The notes under the pieces are model-generated. The model searched no databases, was not told the origin of the DNA, and worked only from the letters and a program-made list of their open reading frames with translations. Positions 1 through 10,705 of a stretch of 64,000 nucleotides of DNA are shown here, piece after piece. This stretch comes from Dendrobates tinctorius. Lineage: Eukaryota. The DNA lies in the NCBI RefSeq assembly GCF_039654945.1, contig NW_027361838.1, positions 21,328,001-21,392,000 on the forward strand, in the 5' to 3' direction. The position numbers and the translations under genes are program-made. Each line of letters begins with the position of its first letter. Within the stretch, counting starts at the first letter, position 1.

Positions 1-680
1 GGACAGTGCAGGGATAAAGAAGCAACCCTCAATCCACCATCCCTTTAATAGGGAGGTGGAGAGGGACCGTTCGCCTCCTTGTATCATCCGGTTTAACAAT
101 GGTGATGCAGTGGGGGCTGCACGGACGCCAAGGAAGTGCCTCTGTACATCCAAGGGGTTCAATCCCCTAAGATGGGACAGGGCTGCTTGTCCGGCATTAT
201 GCCTGGCTTCAGAAGAGGGTACATGGAGGCGACACTCCATGTGCTCGTCTATTGATGGTATGAGGAGATCGGTGCCCTTCAAGGTACCCGTCGCCCCTAA
301 AAATCAGCTCAGGCATGGCGTCCCTCGTCACAGGAGAGGATATGTGGAGGAGACACTCCTCGTGCTCGCCTGTTGTTGGTTCGGAGAGATCGGAGCCTTG
401 AAAGGATCCGTCGCCCCTTCATTCGAGGAAAAAGTAAAAATCAAAAGTGTAAAAATTGAAAATTAAAATAAAAAAAGAATTTTTGGTCTGAACACAAGAC
501 CCGCGTGTCTCCTAGGGACACCAAGCAAGAACTGGTTCTCCTGGAGCCAGCATGAGGGTGTATACTGCAGAGGAGGAGCTAACTTTTTTTTTTTTTTTTT
601 TATATTCACTTAGTGTCAGCCTCCTACTGGCAGCAGCATAACACCCATGGTCTGAGTCTCCCAATGAGGCAAAGGAGAAA
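1..680 (-). mobile_element. 5' end (left ITR and leader) of a DIRS1-like retrotransposon that runs off the window
   Basis: About 530-680 is homologous to the ITRs at 17884-18023 and 42684-42824 and ends ..ggagaaa; the leader is homologous to 42490-42690. Confidence 0.8.
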
Positions 681-1284
681 ACATTTTAATGATGCACCGA
701 AGTAATCTAAGTACTGCAGCCAATTATGGCTACAGCAGCCCCAATGGTGGTAGAGCAATGTCGCAGCTAGGAGAGCATCAGCTTGTTATTTTTTACTGCT
801 CTAAGGCACTAGTGAACTTTTCATTTTGCCCAGACAACAGCTTTAATGTATGCTTTATACTACAAGGACTATTCATTTTCATACATTTTATTAGAGATGC
901 CAATTATTTTATCTTTTAGCTGGAGTATAGTTTTCAAGCTATTGTGGACCTGTCCGATAGTACACAGACAATATATTCATGTGAATGAGTAATGTGTAAT
1001 CTTAAATTGGTGCAGCTGGAAAATATATCTGTCATAGATCCCCATAGATTACAGGTGAATGCTGAGATCCCAGCAGGGAAGGGAGAACACGGACAAGCTC
1101 TGCTTGATAAAATGCATCTAACAATAAAGTGACAAACGAGAATGTAATTTCATAAATTACAACATTTTCTTACAGTCTAGGAAAAAAGTTTTGAGACTCG
1201 CACAAGTTTTGTTTTTCCAAAGTTTGCCGCTTTTGTGTTTTCAGATCTTTTAGACAGAAGTTTATATAGTACAATAAAGTATAA

Positions 1285-1480
1285 TTATACGGTCAGTCTG
1301 TCCTTGATGTTTTGATTGGATTGGAAAGAAGTGGCTTCTTTGTTGCCCTTCTTGACACCAGGCCAGCCTCCAAAAGCGTGCGCCTCACTGAGTGTTGATG
1401 CACCAACACCTGCCCGCTGCCACTCCTGAGCAAGCTCTGCACTGGTACTGAACAAATCCCACAGCTGAATCTTCTTTAAG
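1285..1480 (-). pseudogene. Degenerate Tc1 transposase fragment
   Basis: Frameshifted translation STSAELAQEWQRAGV.. / VRRTLLEAGLVSRRATKKPLLS, typical of the Tc1 second HTH and linker. Confidence 0.7.
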
Positions 1481-2406
1481 AATTGATCCTGACACTTTCT
1501 GGACATTGGGCACTTTGAAGCCTTCTTTAGAGCAATTGAGGCTCTCTGAAGTTATTGATGATCCAAAAAATGGTTGATTTAGGGGCAGTCTTACAAGCAG
1601 AAACGTCCTTGCCTGTAGAGCCCTTTCCATGCAAAACAATGATTACTACATGTTTCCTTGCCAGTAACCATGGCTAACAGAAGACAATTATTTCAAGCAC
1701 CAGCCCCCTTTTTTAAAAGCAACAGGTCTGCTCTTATAATTCAATCAACACGACAGTGCTATTAGCGGCTTTGTCCTCATTAACACTTTCTCCAAAGCTT
1801 AGGAGAAAAATCACTGAAAATTTGTGGTAGGGCTGAAATTCTGTTTCACTGGGGTTTTCATGGCAAGGAATGACTGCAATATTTTGCAATTTAACACTTC
1901 GTATACATTTAGAGTTAGTGCAAATTGCCACTATATACAGTAAAACGGAAAACTTTGTGAAAACCCAAAATTGCATCAGTCTCAAATCTTAACCATGTAT
2001 ATACAAGTTACAGTTTAGAGAACAAAGAAATTAAAGGGAATCTGTCACCCTATTTTTCGCCTATCAGCTGCCGACACCAGGGGCATTCTGTGATGCTGTA
2101 GATGAGCCCCCGATGTAACCTGAAAGATAAGAAAAATAGGGATTTTTGTGTAGTCACTGTAAAATCCTTTTCTCTGAGCCATTCACTGGGGGACACAGAC
2201 AGTGGGTGTTATGCTGCTGCCACTAGGAGGACACTAAGCAAACCAGAAAACAATTAACTCCTCCCCTGCAGTATACACCCTGTACCTGGATGAGATATGT
2301 CCAGTTCAGTGAAAAAAGCAGTAGGAGCTTAAACAGTCAACAGTAACGAACTATGTCAAAACCTGAGAATGCTACAAATGAGCCAGTAGGCTAAACAGGG
2401 CGGGTG

Positions 2407-2504
2407 CTGTGTCCCCCAATGAATGGCTCGGAGAAAAGGATTTTACGGTGAGTACACAAAAATCCCAATTTCTCCTACGCCTCATTGGGGACACAGACAG
2501 TGGG
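2407..2504 (-). other. DIRS internal complementary region (ICR), copy A
   Basis: Reverse complement of the left end (aaatagggattttt..) fused to the reverse complement of the right end (..ggcgtaggagaaa) through a shared TTT at 2469-2471. Confidence 0.9.
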
Positions 2505-2509
2505 ACGTC

Positions 2510-3742
2510 CTAAAGCAGTCCCTGGGAGGGGAGCATACATCTGCTAATACCCCATGTACCTCTGAGATAAGACTGAGGTACTGCCGATTGCAGGATGCGT
2601 CTGCCGAGAGCTGTATCTACAGAGGCCTGAGAATGAATTTGGTTATGTTTTGAAAAGGTATGCAGACTGGACCAAGTCGCAGCTTTGTAGACCTGTTCTG
2701 CCGAGGCCTGGCGCCGAATGGCCCAAGAAGCGCTGACTGACCGGGTATAGTGCGCCTTAATCCCCGATGGGACAGGCGCATTCCTGACACGGTAGGATTC
2801 CTGAATCACTGAGCGAATCCACCTGGCTAGCGTTGCTTTGGACACGGCTAGGCCCTTCCTATGCCCCTCTGGAAGTATCAACAGGGCATCTGACTTGCGG
2901 AAGGGAGCCGTCTGCGAGATGTACCGTCTCAGCGCCCTAACCACATCCAGGGTGGAGGGCCTTCTCAATGCGATGGACTGGCGCCGGACAAAAGAAGGCA
3001 AAACAATTTCCTCGTTGAGATGGAAAGAGGAAACGACCTTGGGCAGGAAGGACGGGGACGTCCTGAGAACTACCATATCCTGATGAAAAGTAAGGAATGG
3101 AGAACGGCAGGACAGAGCTGCCAATTCCGAAACCTGTCTGATTGACGCAATTGCTACTAGAAAGACCACTTTCCAAGAGAGGATGGTAAATGACACGTCC
3201 TGCAGCGGTTCAAAAGGATCCTCTTGTAAGGCCCCGAGAACCAGGTTAAGGTCCCATGGTTCTAATGGCCTTCTATAAGGAGGCGTCACATAGGAGACTC
3301 CTTGAATAAACGTCTTGACCTGAGGTTTGGTGGCAATTCTTTGTTGGAAAAGCACTGACAAGGCCGAAATTTGGCCCTTGAGCGAGCTAAGCGCGAGGCC
3401 TGATTTTAATCCGGATTGAAGAAACTCCAATATGCCCAGAATGGAGAACACTAGAGGGGAATGACCATGATCCTTGCACCATGAAAAGAAGATTTTCCAG
3501 GTGCGGTGATAGATACGTCTGAATACGGGCTTCCTAGCATTAATCATGGTGGAAATGATGTCGAGAGAGAATCCAGCCTGTGCTAAAATCCAGGATTCAA
3601 CGGCCATACCGTCAAAGACAGGGCCCCGGAGTTCTGGTGGTAAATCGGGCCCTGAGAAAGCAGATCTGAGCGATCTGGAAGTCGCTAGCGGACGTCGGCG
3701 ACTAGCTGTATTAGTTCCGCATACCATGCTCGGCGTGGCCAA
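2510..3742 (-). pseudogene. DIRS tyrosine recombinase (copy A), probably inactive
   Basis: 410-aa ORF with SIRQVSEL, KAHYTRSVSASWA and TWSSLHTFSKHN; copy B has SIRRISEL and TFTKHY, so the catalytic Arg and Tyr appear substituted in A. Confidence 0.85.
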
Positions 3743-5448
3743 TCTGGTGCGACTAGGATCACTGGTACCCCCTCTGCTCTTATCTTCTTGATGACCCTCG
3801 GAAGCAAGGGGGAAAGATGTACGGAAGCCAGAACCGGTGCCATGGCAGAACTAGGGCTTCCGCTCCGATGGCGCGTGGATCGCGCGATCGGGCAATGAAC
3901 CGAGACACCTTGCTGTTTAGCCTGGAGGCCATGAGGTCCACATACGGAGTCCCCAAACGAAGACAGATCTGGTGAAAGACTTCCGGATGAAGAGACCACT
4001 CTCCTGAGGCAATGGCTTGGCGACTGAGAAAGTCTGCAGCCCAATTTTCTATGCTGGGGATGTCAATTATTGAGATGTATGAATGGTTGGTCTCAGCCCA
4101 ATGGAGGATGTGACTCACTTTGTGCATGGCCATCCTGCTCCGGGTACCTCCCTGGCGTTTGATATACGCTACAGCCGTGGCGTTGTCCGATTGGATCCTG
4201 ATGGGGTGACCTGCGAAGAGATGGTGGAAACTACGTAGAGAAAATCTGATCGCTCGTTTCTCCAAAATGTTGATGGGGAGACGTGATTCTCGGGTTGACC
4301 AAAGACCCTATGCCGTGTGGTGACGAAAGACAGCACCCCAGCCGAGAAGACGAGTCGGTGGTTACTACCAACCATCTTACTGGGAGAAAAGACCTCCCTT
4401 GATTCAGGAAGGACCTCACAGTCCACCACTTGAGGGCTTGCCTGACCCGCAGGGACAGAAGGATTCGACGGTGCAGGGAGAACGGGTTCTTGTCCCAAGC
4501 TGACAGCAACGCATGTTGTAAGGGGCGGAGGTGGAACTATGCAAACGGAACTGCTTCCATGGCAGCCACCATTTTCCCGAGAACTCTCATGCTGAAACGA
4601 ATGGCGTGAGAGGCTGGACGGGAAAGAGTCCCGCACTGCCTGTTGTAAGGCTTGCGTCTTTTCCAGAGGGAGAATGACCCAACCCGCGGCAAGTGTCCAA
4701 GATCATTCCTAAAAAGGAAATTTGCTGAGCCGGTTTTGGGGAAGACTTTGCGAAGTTTATCTTCCACCCCAGGCGTGAAAGTGTATTTACTGTTATCTCC
4801 ACAGATTCTTCACAGGCTGAAAGGGACGGACCCTTGATGAGCAGGTCATCCAGATAAGGTAACACTACTCCTCCCCGAGAGTGGAGAATGGCCATGACAA
4901 CCGCCATGACCTTGGTAAAGACCCTGGGGGCAGTAGCGAGTCCGAAGGGCAAGGCCACGAACTGGAAGTGTTCCTCGTGAATTGCAAAACGCAGGAACTG
5001 CTGGTGAGACGGGCAAATCGGAATGTGAAGGTAAGCGTCCTTGATGTCGATGGATGCTAGGAACTCTCCTTTTTCCATGGAAGCGACCACTGACCGGAGA
5101 GATTCCATTTGGAATCGCCGAACCGTGACAAACTGATTTAACAGTTTGAGATCCAGAATGGGTCGCATCGTGCTGTCTTTCTTTGGAACCACAAAAAGGT
5201 TTGAATAAAATCCTCTGAACCTCTCGTGATGAGGGACCGGAATGATGACTCCGTCCCTTAAGAGGGCCTGAATAGCCCGAAGGAAGGCTCTGGTCTTTCC
5301 TTTGGGCGGAGAGGAAAGGAAAAAGCGAGTTGGAGGGGGAGCGGAGAACTCTATCTTGTATCCGGAGGACACCAGCTCCCTGATTCACTTGTTGTGGACG
5401 ACCGCGAGCCAGGTGTGGCTGAAGGAAAGTAGGCGGTCGCCGTCCGCC
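3685..5448 (-). pseudogene. DIRS pol: reverse transcriptase, RNase H and DAM-methyltransferase-like domain (frameshifted)
   Basis: RPILDLK, SIDIKDAYLHIPI, LPFGLATAPRVFTK, YLDD; IQSDNATAVAYI (RNase H); DLMASRLN..YIFPP..VILVAPDWPRRAWY (MT-like). Confidence 0.9.
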
Positions 5449-5462
5449 GGATACCGCAACAA

Positions 5463-5942
5463 AAGATTTGATATGTAAGCTGTTTTTTGGTATGCACCTG
5501 TTCAGACTAGTTCTAGATGTGCCGTCAGTTTTTTCTGTCATTTGTATGTTAGCTTTCTGACTGAGCACTCCCCCTTCATCAGGCTGTGATTTTAATTACA
5601 TCCAACCACATTTTGGTTCCTATCTTCCTATAAAACAGGCTTTACCATGTTATTAGCCAGAGGTTAGTTCACACTAGGCAGTTAGTATAGGGACCCGTTC
5701 AATGAGATCACCTTGACGTTGGTGAATGGGCTCACATCTTTTGGCCAAATTTTGTGCTAAGTATCTCATATGTTTTTCTAGATTACAAAAGCCATTATAC
5801 TATTCGTATATCACATATTTCATATTTGATATGCCTTAATGCAATTGAGTGCAACCATTTCCTTATTTGATATGTAAGCTGTTTTTTGGTATGCACCTGT
5901 TCAGACAAGTTCTAGATGTGCCGTCAGTTTTTTCTGTCATTT
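5463..5942. mobile_element. Non-coding 1.2-mer of a 399-nt unit (retrozyme-like or Penelope-mobilised) inserted in DIRS A
   Basis: 14-bp TSD ggataccgcaacaa (5449-5462, 5943-5956); about 78-nt direct repeat at 5466 and 5865; absent from DIRS B. Confidence 0.8.
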
Positions 5943-5957
5943 GGATACCGCAACAAG

Positions 5958-7457
5958 TCATTGGGTAGATCTATGAGACCTGGCTCCCTTGGAACCAGAA
6001 GCCCTAGGTCTGGGTTTCCAAGAGCAGTTAGGGTCTGTACGAGACCTGGGAGCCTCTGTATCCGCGCGGAGACGGACCTGATCCGGAAGAGAAGGTAGAG
6101 GATGATCAACCAGAGTGGTTGCGAAAGAAACGAAAGCGCGTCGACTGTTGGTTGCGAAACGGCCAAGCAGCTTTTTGTTGAGGGAGGAATTTACTCTCCC
6201 CCCCCCCCCGGTAGCATCAGAAATGAGCTGATCTAGCTTCTCTCCAAAAAGACGACCCATTTGAAAGTGGAGAGAAGTCAACGATCTTTTAGATGTGGCA
6301 TCCGCCCGCCAGTCGCGAAGCCATAGGACTCTTCTAATGGAGATCGCGTTAGCGACAGTTTGAGCAGCGCAATTGGCGGCGTCAAAAGAGGCGCCCACTA
6401 CAAAGTCTGCTGCGTGAATTATCTGCCTGGCGACCGTGGTTGCTTCCAGAGGAAGATTGGTGTCCTGGAAGGAGGTAATCAAGACCTCTGCCCAAGCGGC
6501 CATTGCTTTCGTGACCCAAATTGCCGCAAAAGATGGAAAAAGCTCTGTTCCTGAAGCTTCAAAAACTGAACGGGCAAGGTAGTCAATCTGACGATCGGAG
6601 GGGTTTCTGATCGAGGAACCCTCGGACACAGACAGAAGCGTTTTTGAAGCCAGATGCGATACAGGCGGGTCCACCAGAGGGGACTGTAACCAATCTTTCA
6701 TTGAGTCTGGGTCAAAAGGGTATTTAGCCTGAGTAAACTTTTGCCCTGTGAACTGCTTATGAAGACGATCCCTATGTTGCTGGACAACTTCCTTAAAGTC
6801 CGGATGGCTGGTAAATAACCTGTGCAACCGCTTGGTTTTCTTAAGTGAAATAGGATGTGCTGGAGCGGGAACATTATCCTCATCCAACTTCAGAATCCTG
6901 TTAACTGATTCTGTAAGAGAATCAAGCGACTCTTGATCAGTTGGGGGATTCTGAGGGGCAGACGAGTCAGAATCAAATTCAGAGTCGAGCTCGCTGAGAA
7001 CTCCAGGAGAGGGAGAGCGAGAGAGACAGGCGTCGCAGGGTTTAGAGGCGCGAACGGGGCTAGGGGAAGCGTCATGGGTCCGCTTTCTAGAGCCCCGACC
7101 ATCCCTTGAACGAGTACGGCCCCTGCTGGTGGACGGTTCCCGTTCGACGCCAGAGCCTTCCTCGGGGGGTAAGGACGCCTTCTGGCTTAAAGAGCCCTCC
7201 CGGAGGGAGAATATAGCCTGGGTCAGAGACTCCACCGACTGACAGGGATGCAGCCCACTCAGGGGTACTAAACGCAGGAGACCCGTCAGCAGCGGTGGCA
7301 AGGGGCGATTGAGCGCAGGTCGGGGCGCAGGCCGGGTCGCAGTTAGTGCATAATGGATTAGTCTGTGCACTAGGTAAGGCAGACTTGCAAGAGGTACACA
7401 CGGTAAAAAAACGCAGTGCTTTTTAGCAGCCCGTTTCGCTTCCTTAGATTGAGACAT
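5958..7457 (-). pseudogene. DIRS gag-like ORF1 (copy A)
   Basis: 499-aa ORF with compensating frameshifts; PLVDPPVSHL, RRVLWLRDWRADATSK, GRLFGEKLDQLIS motifs; CxxC..CxxC in the alternate frame near the start. Confidence 0.85.
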
Positions 7458-9256
7458 AGCGCTCCTGAAAGGGTTAACGGCAGAGTCTGCTGCAGCTGCA
7501 GGGAACGTGCCAGGAAGGGGTTAAGCTTTAATCTGAGGGCAGATGCAGCTTATCTGGTCCTATGCTGTGTCCCCCGGGAGGAATGGTGGTCGCCCTGCGG
7601 TGTCACCCGGTATCCGGCAGAATGCTCGCCTCACAGCTCGTATCCAGAGCAGGCTGAGGTAAAAGGATATGGCCCCCGATACTAGGATTGCGCGTCTCGT
7701 CAGGATGAGATTATAACACAAAACCGTTTAGCACAGCTATAAAGTGGTGGTGCAACAAGTAGGATTCTAGTCTGTAATCATATGAATATAGAAACTTGGC
7801 ACACACAGTATATATGATTTCCAGTAAAAAAGTGATTTTTTAATATGCAGTACATACAGTATAGACGTTTCGGTCACACTGACCATCACAGTACTGCAAA
7901 AAATAATAATTGAAATAATCATAATAACAGAAGTATATACAATAATCAGAGTATCTGGGACACAAAGAAGGTTGCAGATGATGTCCGTAATATATCAGAC
8001 ATTAGTAGCACATACATGATTATATTTCAAAAAGAGCATTTTTGCCCAAAAAACCAAGATCATAATACCAATAGGATGAATCATTCATTAAATGCAGTGT
8101 AAACATACCTATGTATTGTATTGCTGTCATTTGCATAATGCTCAATAGAGGGAGAGCCAAAAAGGTAAGTGGTCCTGTGTGGTGAGAGATAAAAATCTCC
8201 TATTGTATGCCATTAACTATAGTACATTGTGAGAGGTGACAGGAGGAGTTAATGTACATACCCTCCAGGAGTAGGGACAAAAGGCAAAGCTTTGCAGAGT
8301 CTGTGAAATCAAAATGGAGAATGCTCCTTGTTAGCAGACAGAGCAATGAGGCAGAGAGTCCTAAAGCGGTGGGGGAGGGGTATGAGTGAAGTGCTTACCG
8401 GTCCGGTCAGTATGCAGCATGTAGGACAATGACACGGCATCCACCGCGGGTCAGAGGAGCCCTTTCCAGTGTCTGCGGCTTCTATAAATAGGTGCCAAGA
8501 TGGCAGCAGACGAGGAAGTATGAGACCGGAAATGACATTGCTGTGCACTCCTAATGCGATCCCCAGGCAGGAGGAGGGAGGTCTCAGTGATGACGTCACT
8601 GTGCATTCGAGAAGTGCTGTGAGCATTCCACTAATAGGAAGTGTCCTGTGTAGCAGAGAAAATTTTCCCCATACTAACGTTCTTGAAAGGGGAAAAAACA
8701 GAATATCATGTGAATAGTGGTGAATTCTGTGCATGTTAGAACGGCTGTGAATAATCCAGACGGCTCTATATTACACTTTGGGGATGTGGTGGTTCAGTGA
8801 AGAGCAAGTAATTAGAAATCTCCGTGAGGTATACATATATTTAGTGCTGTAGATTCTGAAAAAGGAAAATGTATTAGAAGTAGAAAGAATAAAATATACA
8901 GCATCATATATCTCTTGATGATTCAAAACAGAAATGATTGGATGTCATAATCCCTATTTAACCCTTTAGGGGTCAATGTCTGGAGCTCATGAATCCAAAA
9001 AGCCTCACTTTTTTTAGAAAATTAATGCGATTACCACCTCTGCGTGGCACATTCACCTGCTCAATTACTTGATATCTTAATTGGGCTATAGTATGGCCCA
9101 CTGTGACAAAGTGATGAGGTACTGGCAGCAGGGGTGGATTAAGGGTAGTCCGGGCCCCAGGCTGTTCAGACTCTGTGGGCCCCCGATCATGTGACGGGGT
9201 CGGGAAGTCACTAGTTTTCATGTCGCATACGGTGCGTCAAGGGGCGGGAAGGGGTT

Positions 9257-9470
9257 AAATACTGAGGTAAAAAAACTCTGCAAATAGGCAACTTGTGCAC
9301 GAGGTCTCACAAATACTGAGGTAAAAAACACCAAATGCTCAGTGTGTCCATGAGGCCTTACAAATACTGAGTGAAAAACACACCAAATACTCAGCGTGTG
9401 CACGAGGCCTTATAAATACTGAGGTAAAAACTCACCAAATACTCAGCGTGTGCACGAGACCTTACAAAAA
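9257..9470. repeat. Tandem repeat, about 4 copies of a 52-bp unit
   Basis: aaatactgaggtaaaaa..ccaaatactcagcgtgtgcacgaggccttac recurs at about 9257, 9311, 9363 and 9414. Confidence 0.85.
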
Positions 9471-10369
9471 CTGGAAGGCTTCCACCCAATATCTAGTTCT
9501 GACTCACCTGTACCTAACATCGAAACCAGCTAATAGTCTGCAATCACCTGCTGACCTGGACCCATGACCTGTCAGACAAGTTACTTCACATGAGTCACAC
9601 AGAGGCTTCTGCTTAATGAACTTCCCCAGATACAGGCTGCACATTGGAGGCTGCTTCTGGCCGGATACACAGGAAGAGATGCTCCTTGTCACAGGCTGTG
9701 CCCAACATGGCAGCAGAAAGGTTAACGCCACAGACAAGTCGCCGTCTCCTCACACACTGGACACGACGCTGCATCTGGGGACAAACAAGCGCACAATGCG
9801 CAATGTTAGTCATGTCCCAGATGCTCAGCATGTGGAGGACCAAGGGGGGACAAAAAAAGACCCCAGGATTGGAACAGGAACATGGGAAAGTGGATGGCGG
9901 TCGGAGGGGCAGGGTTTATATAGGGATCGGTGTGTGTGTGTGTATATTATATACACACACACACACACATAAATTACTACATGCGGGCAGCGTACACATG
10001 CACAATCCTCAGGTTGTATAACTCAACTGGTCAAAACATTTCTCTCAGTAGGCCAAGAAAAATGTGGCAGGAATAAAGTACACCTCATAGTAACTTATGT
10101 GTGATGCAGAGGCGACAAGACCCGCCATCTCGTGCACACCTTACTAGAGGTGCCCAATGCCCACATATAACAAAGTTGATGGAAACAGATGACAGCCACT
10201 ATGATTGGTTACCGGCAGCCCTACCACACCTATTTCACAACTAGTCACACCCATGTCCATGCCCCAACCACACCCATTCAGCACTGCTGATCACACTGAC
10301 TGGTACTGAGGGCACAGTGGCTGGCATTATGGGCACAGTGGCTGTTACTGTGGGCACATTGACTGGTAC

Positions 10370-10705
10370 TGAGGAAAAGAAAAACAACAGAGAGAGAAAA
10401 AAGAAAAAGAGAAAAAAAAGGAGAGAGAAAGAAAGAACAGAGAGAAAGAAAGAAGAAACAGAGAGAAAGGAAAAAAACAGATAAAGAAAGAGGGGACAGA
10501 AAAAAAAGAACAGAGAAAGAAAGAACAGCGAGGGAGAGAGAAAGAAAGAGGGGAAAGAAGGAACAAAGCGAAAGAAAGAGGTGAAAGAATGAACAAAGAG
10601 AAAAAAAGAAAGAAATGGGAAAGAAGAGAAAGGGAGAGAGAAACAGAGGGGAAAGAAAGAACAGAAAGTGAAAGAAAGAAATACAAGGAAAGAGGGGAAA
10701 GAAAG
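10370..10705. repeat. GA-rich low-complexity tract
   Basis: Near-pure purine run of aaag/agag units. Confidence 0.9.

Noticed and set aside
2215-2240. CTCF-like motif in DIRS ITRs (gccactaggaggacacta)
   Set aside because: It needs a gap to fit the consensus and cannot be supported without a motif scan.
2510-3742. Domesticated tyrosine recombinase gene
   Set aside because: It sits inside an ordinary DIRS copy with substituted catalytic residues and broken neighbouring ORFs; there is no evidence of selection.
5690-5735. Possible HDV-like ribozyme (..GGTGAATGGG)
   Set aside because: I could not build the nested double pseudoknot, and the catalytic C position is T. Kept only as an unexplained hairpin.
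9257-9470. Regularly spaced repeats resembling a CRISPR array
   Set aside because: The whole unit repeats with no unique spacers, there are no cas genes, and the context is eukaryotic.
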